Assembly (NCBI GenBank): GCA_965229935.1
Contig: CBDDKB010000002.1
Span: forward strand, 637,213-701,212
From: Alphaproteobacteria bacterium
Lineage (GTDB): Bacteria; Pseudomonadota; Alphaproteobacteria; SPJN01
Direction of reading: 5' to 3'
DNA length: 64,000 bases
Part shown: in pieces, positions 17,661 to 25,784 of the stretch
Numbering within the stretch: the stretch's first letter is position 1
How the letters are laid out: the number at the start of each line of letters is the position of its first letter
Program-made: the position numbers and the translations under genes
Notes under the pieces: model-generated
The model's database searches: none
Seen by the model: only the letters and a program-made list of their open reading frames with translations
Told to the model about the DNA's origin: nothing

Positions 17661-18928
17661 GATTGGGCATCATTCCAAAGCTAGCGTACAAAAGCCTGAT
17701 CAATCGGCGGGTATCGGTGGCACTGACTATATTGTCGATTGCGATCAGCGTTACCTTGTATCTTGGCGTTGATCAAATCCGCAAAAGCGCCCGTACCAGT
17801 TTTGAAACCGCGCTATCGGGAACAGACCTTTTGGTGGGCGCACGCAGCGGTGAAACCAATCTACTCCTCTATGCAGTGTTTCACTTGGGGGAACCTGTCG
17901 CCAATCTGGACTGGCAAACCTATCAGGAATTTGCTGACCACAAAGATGTTGCGTGGACCATTCCGATTTCACTTGGGGATTCATTTCAGGGATACCGGGT
18001 AATCGGCACAAGCGACGCCTATTTTGATCACTTTCAATATGGCGCAAAGCAAAAGCTTGCCTTCGCGACCGGCGCACCATTCGATGATCTTTTTGATGCG
18101 GTACTAGGGGCAGAGGTTGCCAAAGCTCTTAACCTGTCGGTTGGTGACAAGGTCGCCCTGTCCCACGGCATTGGTGCCACCAGCTTTTCAAAGCATGACG
18201 ACAAGCCCTTTATCGTGTCAGGCATTTTGCAGCCGACCGGTACACCCGTTGATCGCGTCGTTCATGTCAGCCTGGCCGGGATTGAGGCGATACATCTAGG
18301 CTGGCAGGGTGGTGTGGCAAGCCCCGCGGCAAGACGATTGTCACAGGATGATGTGCGTGCCATGTCGTTTACCCCCAAGTCGATCACAGCTTTCCTTGTC
18401 GGTATGAAATCGCGGGTTAAGACCTTGCGCCTGCAACGCACCATCAACCTATATAGGAAAGAGCCGCTGACCGCGATCTTGCCGGGGGTCGCCCTAACAC
18501 GTCTTTGGCAAGTGGTTGGCGTTGTTGAAACGGCAATGAAAATCATTGCAGGTTTCGTCATTGCGACGGGTCTGATCGGCATGTTGACGGCAATCTTAAG
18601 CGGCTTGAATGAACGACGGCGCGAAATGGCGTTGTTGCGTGCTGTGGGCGCCCATCCAGTACATATTTCCAGCCTTATGATTTGCGAGGCTGTTGCCATT
18701 GCCTTTACAGGTGCCATGATCGGGGCAGCGTTTGCCGGGATCGGGACGGCGCTGGCCACCCCCCTTATTCAATCATCTTTCGGCATTGTGATGGCACCGA
18801 TTGTTTTCGGGCTTAGCGAGCTGATAATTCTAATGTTCATTGTTGGACTTGCAGCCATATTGGGCTGTTTCCCCGCCTGGGCCGCCTATCGGCGAACAGT
18901 GGCAGATGGATTGACCGTTTCGCAATGA
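17657..18928 (+). CDS. ABC transporter permease, FtsX/MacB-like (ZrgC-like).
   Basis: 423 aa with an N-terminal TM, a large periplasmic loop and a C-terminal FtsX-type 3-TM bundle (RREMALLRAVGA). ATGA overlap with the ATPase gene. Confidence 0.85.
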   Translation: MRLGIIPKLAYKSLINRRVSVALTILSIAISVTLYLGVDQIRKSARTSFETALSGTDLLVGARSGETNLLLYAVFHLGEPVANLDWQTYQEFADHKDVAWTIPISLGDSFQGYRVIGTSDAYFDHFQYGAKQKLAFATGAPFDDLFDAVLGAEVAKALNLSVGDKVALSHGIGATSFSKHDDKPFIVSGILQPTGTPVDRVVHVSLAGIEAIHLGWQGGVASPAARRLSQDDVRAMSFTPKSITAFLVGMKSRVKTLRLQRTINLYRKEPLTAILPGVALTRLWQVVGVVETAMKIIAGFVIATGLIGMLTAILSGLNERRREMALLRAVGAHPVHISSLMICEAVAIAFTGAMIGAAFAGIGTALATPLIQSSFGIVMAPIVFGLSELIILMFIVGLAAILGCFPAWAAYRRTVADGLTVSQ

Positions 18929-18953
18929 TTTCTGGAACGACAAGGAACGCAGC

Positions 18954-19472
18954 ATGCGACTTTTTCTAATATCCTTAATGTCTATCTTGCTTGTCGGCAC
19001 TGCATTTGCGGCTGACCAAGGCACGGAATACCAAACACTGTCTTGGGATGACCTGATGCCCAAAGGGGAATGGGAAAATTATGACCGATTATTCCAATCC
19101 TTGTTTGAGGCCGGGAATGTCGCAGAAGGCGGCCCGCAGGATCGGATGATCCAACTTGGCACGTTTAAAACCGTGCCTGAACTTGATGGCAAAAAGGTCC
19201 GCATGCCCGGCCTTGTCCTGCCGTTTGAGTTTAATTCGGAAAATCTCATTACTGAATTCTTACTGGTTCCTTATTTCGGCGCGTGTATTCACGCGCCACC
19301 GCCACCTCCAAACCAAATTGTCTATGTCAAAAGCGAATTGGGCATTGTGGTAGAAAGGCTGTGGATGCCAGTTTGGGCGTCTGGGACCCTTCACACCACA
19401 AAAAAGGAAAACGAGCTTGGCGACGCAGCCTATACGTTAACGCTTGATTGGGCTGAACCTTTTGAGGAATAA
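18954..19472 (+). CDS. DUF3299-like secreted protein (ZrgD-like).
   Basis: Signal peptide MRLFLISLMSILLVGTAFA. The motif LLVPYFGACIHAPPPPPNQ is characteristic of DUF3299 as I recall it. Confidence 0.55.
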   Translation: MRLFLISLMSILLVGTAFAADQGTEYQTLSWDDLMPKGEWENYDRLFQSLFEAGNVAEGGPQDRMIQLGTFKTVPELDGKKVRMPGLVLPFEFNSENLITEFLLVPYFGACIHAPPPPPNQIVYVKSELGIVVERLWMPVWASGTLHTTKKENELGDAAYTLTLDWAEPFEE

Positions 19473-19505
19473 GGCGCAGCTTGACCATTCCCCCCGCCTT
19501 CGGTA

Positions 19506-19529
19506 GATATGTTATAATATAACGTTATC
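19506..19529 (+). promoter_or_regulatory. Zur box (zinc-responsive operator) in front of the DUF1826/MerC-like/COG0523 genes.
   Basis: GATATGTTATAATATAACGTTATC, with a perfect 13 bp palindrome GTTATAATATAAC at 19511-19523. It ends 13 bp upstream of the ATG at 19542 and matches the proteobacterial Zur consensus (ATGTTATnATAACAT). Confidence 0.7.
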
Positions 19530-19541
19530 AGGGTAATTATC

Positions 19542-20237
19542 ATGTCTACCGAACAGATTCGGCCCTATATTGGCGCTGAATCCAGTTTTCAATCTGGCCA
19601 AACAGCCAACGACCATACCTTCATGCAGGTTGGCCGCGCTGCCGATCTGTCTGCGGTCAATCAGGCTGACATAGGGCTTGTTTTATGGCGCAGATCACCA
19701 GACACACAATTGGCACAGTTCGTCAGCTCACTCGACGTCGAAGACATTCCTCATGAACGGCTGCTTGTGCAGATCACCGATGTCAGACAGGCCCTGACCA
19801 ATATTCTGAATGCGCAGGCCGTTGGTGACTATGATGGCGTTGACGCCTTTATCGACGACATTGTGATCCAGTGCGAGACCTTCAGCACAATCAGCGGCTC
19901 CCCCATTGTTGATATTCGCATCGATCATATTCGCGGCAATGCCTGCCGAAAATTTCATCGCGATAATGTTCCCCTGCGCATGATTTGCACCTATCGCGGC
20001 CCCGGCACCCAAATTGTGCCTGACGATCACGCGGCTGAGGCTATTAAATCACAAGCCGACTATACCGGCCCGGTGTTTGAGTTGCCGCAATTTTCTGTCG
20101 CTTTATTTAAGGGTGCGTGGCAGTCCGCAAACGGTACCGTGCACCGCTCCCCACCTATTGAGGGGCAAGATATTTCCCGTCTGGTTGTTTGTCTAAACAC
20201 GCCATCAATTGTTTCGCCAGAGCTAACCCTGCTCTGA
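19542..20237 (+). CDS. DUF1826-like protein (a family commonly found in Zur regulons next to COG0523).
   Basis: 231 aa. The CRKFHRDNVPLRMICTYRGPGTQ segment resembles the DUF1826 core. Assigned from memory and context. Confidence 0.45.
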   Translation: MSTEQIRPYIGAESSFQSGQTANDHTFMQVGRAADLSAVNQADIGLVLWRRSPDTQLAQFVSSLDVEDIPHERLLVQITDVRQALTNILNAQAVGDYDGVDAFIDDIVIQCETFSTISGSPIVDIRIDHIRGNACRKFHRDNVPLRMICTYRGPGTQIVPDDHAAEAIKSQADYTGPVFELPQFSVALFKGAWQSANGTVHRSPPIEGQDISRLVVCLNTPSIVSPELTLL

Positions 20238-20257
20238 CTGGTTACGGAACCTCACAA

Positions 20258-20635
20258 ATGACTGCAAAATCAGCAACGTTGGATGCGGGCGCCATTGCCC
20301 TTTCGGCACTGTGTTTGGTCCACTGCCTAGCCCTGCCCCTATTTGCTTCTACCCTGCCGGTACTGGGCACTTTGGCAGAGGCTGAGTGGGTCCATCGCCT
20401 TTTGGTTTTTCTAGCGGCCCCGATACCGATTATCGCTGTGGTCACAGACCCCAAAGGACGGCGTTTGGTAGAGTTTGCGATACTTGCCTTTCTGGGCATC
20501 GGCATGTTGCTATCAGCCGCCTTTATAGAGGCGCTCCACGACCATGAGACAGCTATAACAGTGGTCGGGGCATGCATCTTATCTGTGGCCCATATCCGGC
20601 GCTGGGCCTTTGGGCACAAGCCAATTGAGGGTTGA
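20258..20635 (+). CDS. Small integral membrane protein, MerC-like.
   Basis: About 125 aa with four predicted TM helices. The first helix carries LCLVHCLALP, a Cys/His pair in the MerC-like position. The ATG at 20258 is preferred over the track start at 20189, which overlaps the upstream gene. Confidence 0.45.
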   Translation: MTAKSATLDAGAIALSALCLVHCLALPLFASTLPVLGTLAEAEWVHRLLVFLAAPIPIIAVVTDPKGRRLVEFAILAFLGIGMLLSAAFIEALHDHETAITVVGACILSVAHIRRWAFGHKPIEG

Positions 20636-21789
20636 GCGAGAAGATGGAAGACGCAGTTCTTAAAAATGCCGCAACACAATTTCCTGTGTCTGTCCTGACA
20701 GGCTTTCTTGGCAGCGGCAAAACAACGGTACTTAGTCACCTCATTCAACAGCCCGCATTTAGCAAAACATTGGTCCTGATCAATGAGTTTGGCGAAATCG
20801 GGCTGGATCATGATCTGGTGACATCCAGCAATGATGACACGGTCATTGAAATGTCCAGCGGCTGCCTATGCTGCACCATTCGGGGGGATCTTGCCAAAAC
20901 CCTGCGCGAAGCACCTCATCGATTTTCCAGAAATGGGGAGACTTGGTTTGACCGCGTTGTCATTGAAACAACCGGACTGGCAGATCCTGCGCCCATTCTA
21001 CATACATTGATGAACGAACCAGGTCTTGCCAAACACTATCGCCTAGATGGTGTCATTACCGCAATTGATGCCGTGAATGGCAGCGACACGCTTGATCGGC
21101 AGATTGAGTCGGTTAAGCAGGTTGCTTTGGCAGATCGCTTGCTGATCACAAAAACAGATCTAGCTGAAGATGACGCATTACAAAGCTTACAGGGTCGGTT
21201 GCGTGCCTTGAACCCGGCTGCGTCGCAGATCAAAGCGGACAATGGCAAGGTAGACCCGGACCAGCTTTTTGGTGCTGGCATGTATGACCCAAAATCCAAG
21301 ACATTGGACGCACAGAACTGGCTAAATGCCGAGGCCTATAGTGACTCGCATGACCATGGTCACAGCCACGACCACAATCACGGGCATGATCACCATCACG
21401 ATCATGACCACAATGATGTTAATCGTCATGATGACCATATCAAGGCATTGTGCCTGACAATTGACGACCCAATCAATGGCGAAGCATTTGACCTATGGCT
21501 CAAAGGGTTGTTGTTGCTTAGAGGGGCCGACCTTCTACGCGTCAAAGGCATTTTGAACATAATCGGCTTTGATGGGCCAGTCATCGTTCACGGTGTTCAA
21601 CACATCTTCCACCCCGCTATTGCGCTTGATGAATGGCCAAGTGAAGACCGTCGATCTCGCATTGTATTTATTACGCGCGATATGGACGAAGCCACGCTAC
21701 GCGACACCTTGAAAATGTTTGATTCAACCGAGGTAGAGCCCGACGAGTTCATTGCAAAAGTTATGGGTGACGCTGGCTCGTCTGCGTGA
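20632..21789 (+). CDS. COG0523-family G3E GTPase zinc metallochaperone (CobW/ZigA/YeiR-like).
   Basis: P-loop GFLGSGKTT, metal motif GCLCCT and a His-rich tract SHDHGHSHDHNHGHDHHHDHDHN. The start is TTG at 20632 or ATG at 20644. Confidence 0.9.
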   Translation: MSEKMEDAVLKNAATQFPVSVLTGFLGSGKTTVLSHLIQQPAFSKTLVLINEFGEIGLDHDLVTSSNDDTVIEMSSGCLCCTIRGDLAKTLREAPHRFSRNGETWFDRVVIETTGLADPAPILHTLMNEPGLAKHYRLDGVITAIDAVNGSDTLDRQIESVKQVALADRLLITKTDLAEDDALQSLQGRLRALNPAASQIKADNGKVDPDQLFGAGMYDPKSKTLDAQNWLNAEAYSDSHDHGHSHDHNHGHDHHHDHDHNDVNRHDDHIKALCLTIDDPINGEAFDLWLKGLLLLRGADLLRVKGILNIIGFDGPVIVHGVQHIFHPAIALDEWPSEDRRSRIVFITRDMDEATLRDTLKMFDSTEVEPDEFIAKVMGDAGSSA

Positions 21790-21928
21790 TCTGTACCCCC
21801 AATAGCCTTTTGTAAAATTTGCTGTTTTCCGCCTATGAAGACGGGTCGTGGCCGAGGAACAATGAAAGCGGCCGATTGTGGAATGGTCTAGATGTCCATG
21901 CAAATCCACCAGTTCGCGCTTTCATCTT

Positions 21929-22022
21929 CCCCGGTGCGCTACTTCCGTTCAAAACTGCGAACGTCCTTCTTGTGATGGTGATTTGTCCGTGTACAGTGTC
22001 GACATGAAGAGCTGCTTTTGAC
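21929..22022. repeat. Copy 2 of the ~92 bp imperfect direct repeat (core at 21929-21960).
   Basis: CCCCGGTGCGCTACTTCCGTTCAAAACTGCGA ... GCTGCTTTTGAC. Same orientation as copy 1. The central ~50 nt are diverged. Confidence 0.8.
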
Positions 22023-22279
22023 GCAAATCAGTGGAGCTATGCAGCTAATACCTTAGAAGTTCGGACAGCAGTGCCGTAGGCTATCTCAGCTGTGAATTCG
22101 CTGGCGGCTTGATGACACAATAGATAACGAGAGCCCCTTGACACATTAGGGCAGCGGTCAATATTAACGCCGATTCATATTGCCAAAATTGACGTAGTCA
22201 CATGATGGACACAAAATGGTCACAGCGCATATCTTGTAAAACTGCCACTCTTGTAATATGCTGGTTTTTAATGATTATT

Positions 22280-22356
<77 letters not shown>

Positions 22357-22551
22357 CAATGCCAAAATATGGGGACAAAACAGTGCCCATCAGTGCGCGG
22401 ACACTAGCCTAACCGCTGCGTGACCTCAATCACTAATTACGCCAGACAAAAGGGACGGCTGGTCGCATGATGCGCTTATTTTTTGGGGGGCGGCGCGGCG
22501 GGTGGCGGGACGCTATTTCAGTTTGTTGTGTTTTGGTGGCGGGAACCTCAG

Positions 22552-22586
22552 CAAACAAAAAGGCCCCGCCAAATGGCTGGGCCTTC
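22552..22586 (-). terminator. Rho-independent terminator of the TonB-dependent receptor gene.
   Basis: On the minus strand, an AGGCCC...GGGCCT stem is followed by TTTTGTTT. It lies about 25 nt after the stop at 22609-22611. Confidence 0.5.
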
Positions 22587-22608
22587 GTAAAATTATTAGA
22601 AATTTTGC

Positions 22609-25527
22609 TTAGAAGCGATAGCGTGCTTCGATTTCAAATTCCGTTGTTGGGATGCGGCCACCAAAGTGTGACCCGGTAAAGGTGGGAACGTCATTGTTAC
22701 CGGCCAATTCTTTGACATCCAGTACATTTGTGACAAAGCCCATGATATGCCAGTTTTCATCAAGACCACGGATACCAATACGGGCCCCATGGGTCCAATA
22801 GGCATTCCGTACATCCAACGGATCAAGGTCGCGTGCTAGATGTACTTCTGATGCATAGACCGCTGTCCAGCCCGCATGAACACGGAACGGCAGATTGAAA
22901 ATCTGGTCGTCAAATGTTGCGTTCAATGTCACCTGAACCTCGGGAATATTGTTCAGCTTTTCGCCGGTCAGGTCACAAGGCGGATCCTGTTCGACATCTT
23001 CAACAGAACAGGGGCCCGTTGTGAAGTTGTCATATGTACCTTCTGTAAAGGCACCATTTGCTGTCAGGAACAATCCCATAAAGGGTACCAACATTGCTTC
23101 CCATTCAATGCCGCTGATGGTTGCGCTTGCAGCGTTTGACACAACAAAGCTCACGCCATCAAATGCTGACACCTGAATGTCATCAAATTTGGTATAGAAG
23201 GCTGAAATGTTCAGGCGTGCAGCGCCTTCAAGCCATTCAGATTTCATCCCAATTTCGAATGCATTGGAAATTTCTTCTTCATATTCCAATTGGTCTGGGT
23301 TCAGAGGCTGGGCATTAAATCCGCCAGACTTATACCCCTGCGCCAATGTGATGTAGGTCATCAGATCATCTGTCCAATTGACCTGCGTTGATACCTTAGG
23401 CGCAATGTTGAATTCGGTCCGTTCCCGTTCTTCGATAAAGCTGGTGTTGCCGCTTTGAATAACAGGGAATGAAACCACACCGCCGGGCGTGCCTTCTTGC
23501 AGGGAGCCGCGCGTACCAGTGCCGCCACCTGTGCCAAGGCCAAGGGGGTCAAAGTTGAAAAGTCCGTGATCTACGAAAATCTCTTTCTTTTCATAACCAA
23601 TGCGTAGGCCGGGGGTAACTGACCAAGTATCAGTAATGTGCCAGGTTGCCTGACCAAATAGTGCATAAGAGGTGGTTTTTTGGTCAAACAATGTGGCTGA
23701 ACGTTCCAATAATGGCGTTCCCAGTCCGTCTTGTCGTGCCTTGGTTTCTTGGGCGGCGAGCGTGCTGGTGGCAATACCGGCAGGCCCATTATAGTTTTCG
23801 TCAAAGAAAGCTCGACGCAATGCAGGGTCTGTAGTGGCTGCATTGAACGCGATGATTTCACCAGCACCCGTCAGCGCCAGAATTTCTGGCAGTGTCACGA
23901 AAGCATCGACATCATATGTCGCAAGGATATTGTTCTGATAGTAGAACAGACCCATGATCCATTCCAATTCACCCGGTGCTGATGTCCAACGCAGTTCCTG
24001 ACTGACTTGGTCATAGAACTCGTTATTGTCCAAGGTGATAAACGGAATGGGCGAGAAGTCAGCGTCAAAGAACACCAGTTCGTCGAACTCTGCATAGTTG
24101 GTGACACTGGTCAATGTGTGTTCGCCAATGTCCCATTCGACTTTGGCGGTAAAGTCCATGACCTCACGCTCAACAAAGCCTGGTGCATCTTGGTGGGTTT
24201 TATCATCAAAGACATCTGCTGTAGTTTCTGGGTCGAAAACTTCAAACGCGGCAAGGTGGCGTGATTTCGCAGCAGTTAGCTGCGTACCTGAACCACCTTG
24301 GTCAACCGTGCTGTAATTGGCGGTGAACTGTGCATACAGGCTGGGAGTGATTTCCCATTTTACTTTCGCGCGGAAATTCTGGTTGTCCAGATTCCGTTCC
24401 ATTCGACCGTTCAGCGTTGTGTTTTCAATGTCGCCATCCTGTTCTTCGTCAAGAAAGGCGAGACGGAACGATAGTTTGTCGCTGAATAAGGGGCCGCCGC
24501 CAGCCAGACGGACACGGTGATGGCCGTTTGACCCATAAAGAGCATCGCCATCAATTGACCATTCTGGTTCAGGATCAGCCGTTTTCAGGTGAAGCGCACC
24601 TGCGGCTGAGTTCTTGCCATACAAAGTGCCTTGCGGGCCGCGCAACACTTCAACTGCAGAAAGGTCGAGCAAGCCGTTGGAGACATAGGAAGGCCGACCA
24701 TAAAAGACTTCGTCAATGATGATGCCGACTGATTGTTCAAAGCCGCGGTTATAGTCTGACCCAACGCCGCGCATATAAATAAAGTTAAAGGTCGGCGTTG
24801 CCAGAATGCTCATGTTAGGGGCGTGACTTGCAACATCGTTTAAGTCTGACATGTTCTTTTCTTTGATTGCCTCGCCGCCGATGGCAGTCACGGACAAAGG
24901 CACATCCTGAATGTCTTCAGCACGCTTTTGCGCGGTCACGATAATTTCGTCCAACTGTGCGCGGCGTGGTTTCGGCGCAGGGGCGCTTGCCTCAACCTCT
25001 GCATCGGCTTCAGCGCCAGCGGCTTCTGCTACCGCAGCCGCTTCCATGTTTGTTTCTTCGGCAGGGGCGGGTGTGTCATCAAAGACTAATACATCGTCTT
25101 CAGATGATGTTGCGGTATCATCCGCCATCGTCATCGGTTCTTCTTCGGCCATTGCTGGTTCATCGGCCATTGCAGGCTCATCAGCAGTTGATTCGTCTTC
25201 GGCCGGATCGTTGGCAGGCTCGTCCTCAGCCATTGCCATATCATCGCTTGATGAAGCTTGGTCTGCGGGTTCTTGGTCTTCACCGGCAGAACTGTCCTCT
25301 TCGGCCATTGCCATTTCCGTGTCTTCGGAATCGAAATCGTCAAACAGGAATTCTTCGTCGACATCACTTGTGTCATCACCGAACAGACCTGAATCGTCTG
25401 AATTGTCTTCAGCCATAAAGTCCAGCTCATCCTGTGCATAGGCAGGTGAGTGATAAATAATAGTCCCTGAAGACAGTGCTGTCGCAACAGCAAGGCCAAA
25501 CAGCCCATGGCGCAATTCTTTACGCAT
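22609..25527 (-). CDS. TonB-dependent outer-membrane receptor with a long acidic N-terminal extension.
   Basis: Signal peptide MRKELRHGLFGLAVATALSSGTIIYHSPAYA, then a ~150 aa D/E/A/M-rich region. Plug domain (DEIIVTAQKRAEDIQDVPLSVTAI...VEVLRGPQGTLYGKNSAAG). Barrel ends in EIEARYRF. A GGGGGA RBS precedes the ATG at 25527. Confidence 0.9.
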   Translation of the reverse strand: MRKELRHGLFGLAVATALSSGTIIYHSPAYAQDELDFMAEDNSDDSGLFGDDTSDVDEEFLFDDFDSEDTEMAMAEEDSSAGEDQEPADQASSSDDMAMAEDEPANDPAEDESTADEPAMADEPAMAEEEPMTMADDTATSSEDDVLVFDDTPAPAEETNMEAAAVAEAAGAEADAEVEASAPAPKPRRAQLDEIIVTAQKRAEDIQDVPLSVTAIGGEAIKEKNMSDLNDVASHAPNMSILATPTFNFIYMRGVGSDYNRGFEQSVGIIIDEVFYGRPSYVSNGLLDLSAVEVLRGPQGTLYGKNSAAGALHLKTADPEPEWSIDGDALYGSNGHHRVRLAGGGPLFSDKLSFRLAFLDEEQDGDIENTTLNGRMERNLDNQNFRAKVKWEITPSLYAQFTANYSTVDQGGSGTQLTAAKSRHLAAFEVFDPETTADVFDDKTHQDAPGFVEREVMDFTAKVEWDIGEHTLTSVTNYAEFDELVFFDADFSPIPFITLDNNEFYDQVSQELRWTSAPGELEWIMGLFYYQNNILATYDVDAFVTLPEILALTGAGEIIAFNAATTDPALRRAFFDENYNGPAGIATSTLAAQETKARQDGLGTPLLERSATLFDQKTTSYALFGQATWHITDTWSVTPGLRIGYEKKEIFVDHGLFNFDPLGLGTGGGTGTRGSLQEGTPGGVVSFPVIQSGNTSFIEERERTEFNIAPKVSTQVNWTDDLMTYITLAQGYKSGGFNAQPLNPDQLEYEEEISNAFEIGMKSEWLEGAARLNISAFYTKFDDIQVSAFDGVSFVVSNAASATISGIEWEAMLVPFMGLFLTANGAFTEGTYDNFTTGPCSVEDVEQDPPCDLTGEKLNNIPEVQVTLNATFDDQIFNLPFRVHAGWTAVYASEVHLARDLDPLDVRNAYWTHGARIGIRGLDENWHIMGFVTNVLDVKELAGNNDVPTFTGSHFGGRIPTTEFEIEARYRF

Positions 25528-25784
25528 GCGAAAGGTCCCCCGTAATGTTGTCCACCTAATCGGAAACAAGAAAGACATCGCTGTTTTCAGCCATGCCTTT
25601 GACTATCCCCGACTTCCCCTAGGCGCATATTTTCATATGCAGGGTCAATTTAGCCGAGAATGAGGGGGGATGAAAAGGGAAATATCACGAATTTACAAAT
25701 TGCTGTTGGTTAATAGGTGATAGGGGGTTTGCAGACTCGTGTCATAGGAGTAAGAGTTTCCTGAAATATCCGCACAAAATTGGC

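Noticed and set aside
20242-20811. A 189 aa minus-strand ORF spanning the MerC-like gene and the COG0523 start.
   Set aside because: It lies opposite two plus-strand genes with clear features (TM helices, P-loop). It has no motif or RBS.
22467-22679. A 70 aa ORF and a G-rich tract (GGGGGGCGGCGCGGCGGGTGGCGGG) between the tRNA and the receptor gene.
   Set aside because: The ORF runs through the receptor terminator and stop codon. The G-runs do not form a canonical four-tract G-quadruplex motif with short loops.
24911-25441. Two long plus-strand ORFs (176 and 153 aa, Ser/Ala/Leu/Pro-rich) opposite the receptor gene.
   Set aside because: They are mirror images of the repetitive GAx/GCC/ATG codons that encode the acidic tail on the minus strand. 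They have low complexity and no RBS. The minus-strand gene has a clear signal peptide, plug and barrel.
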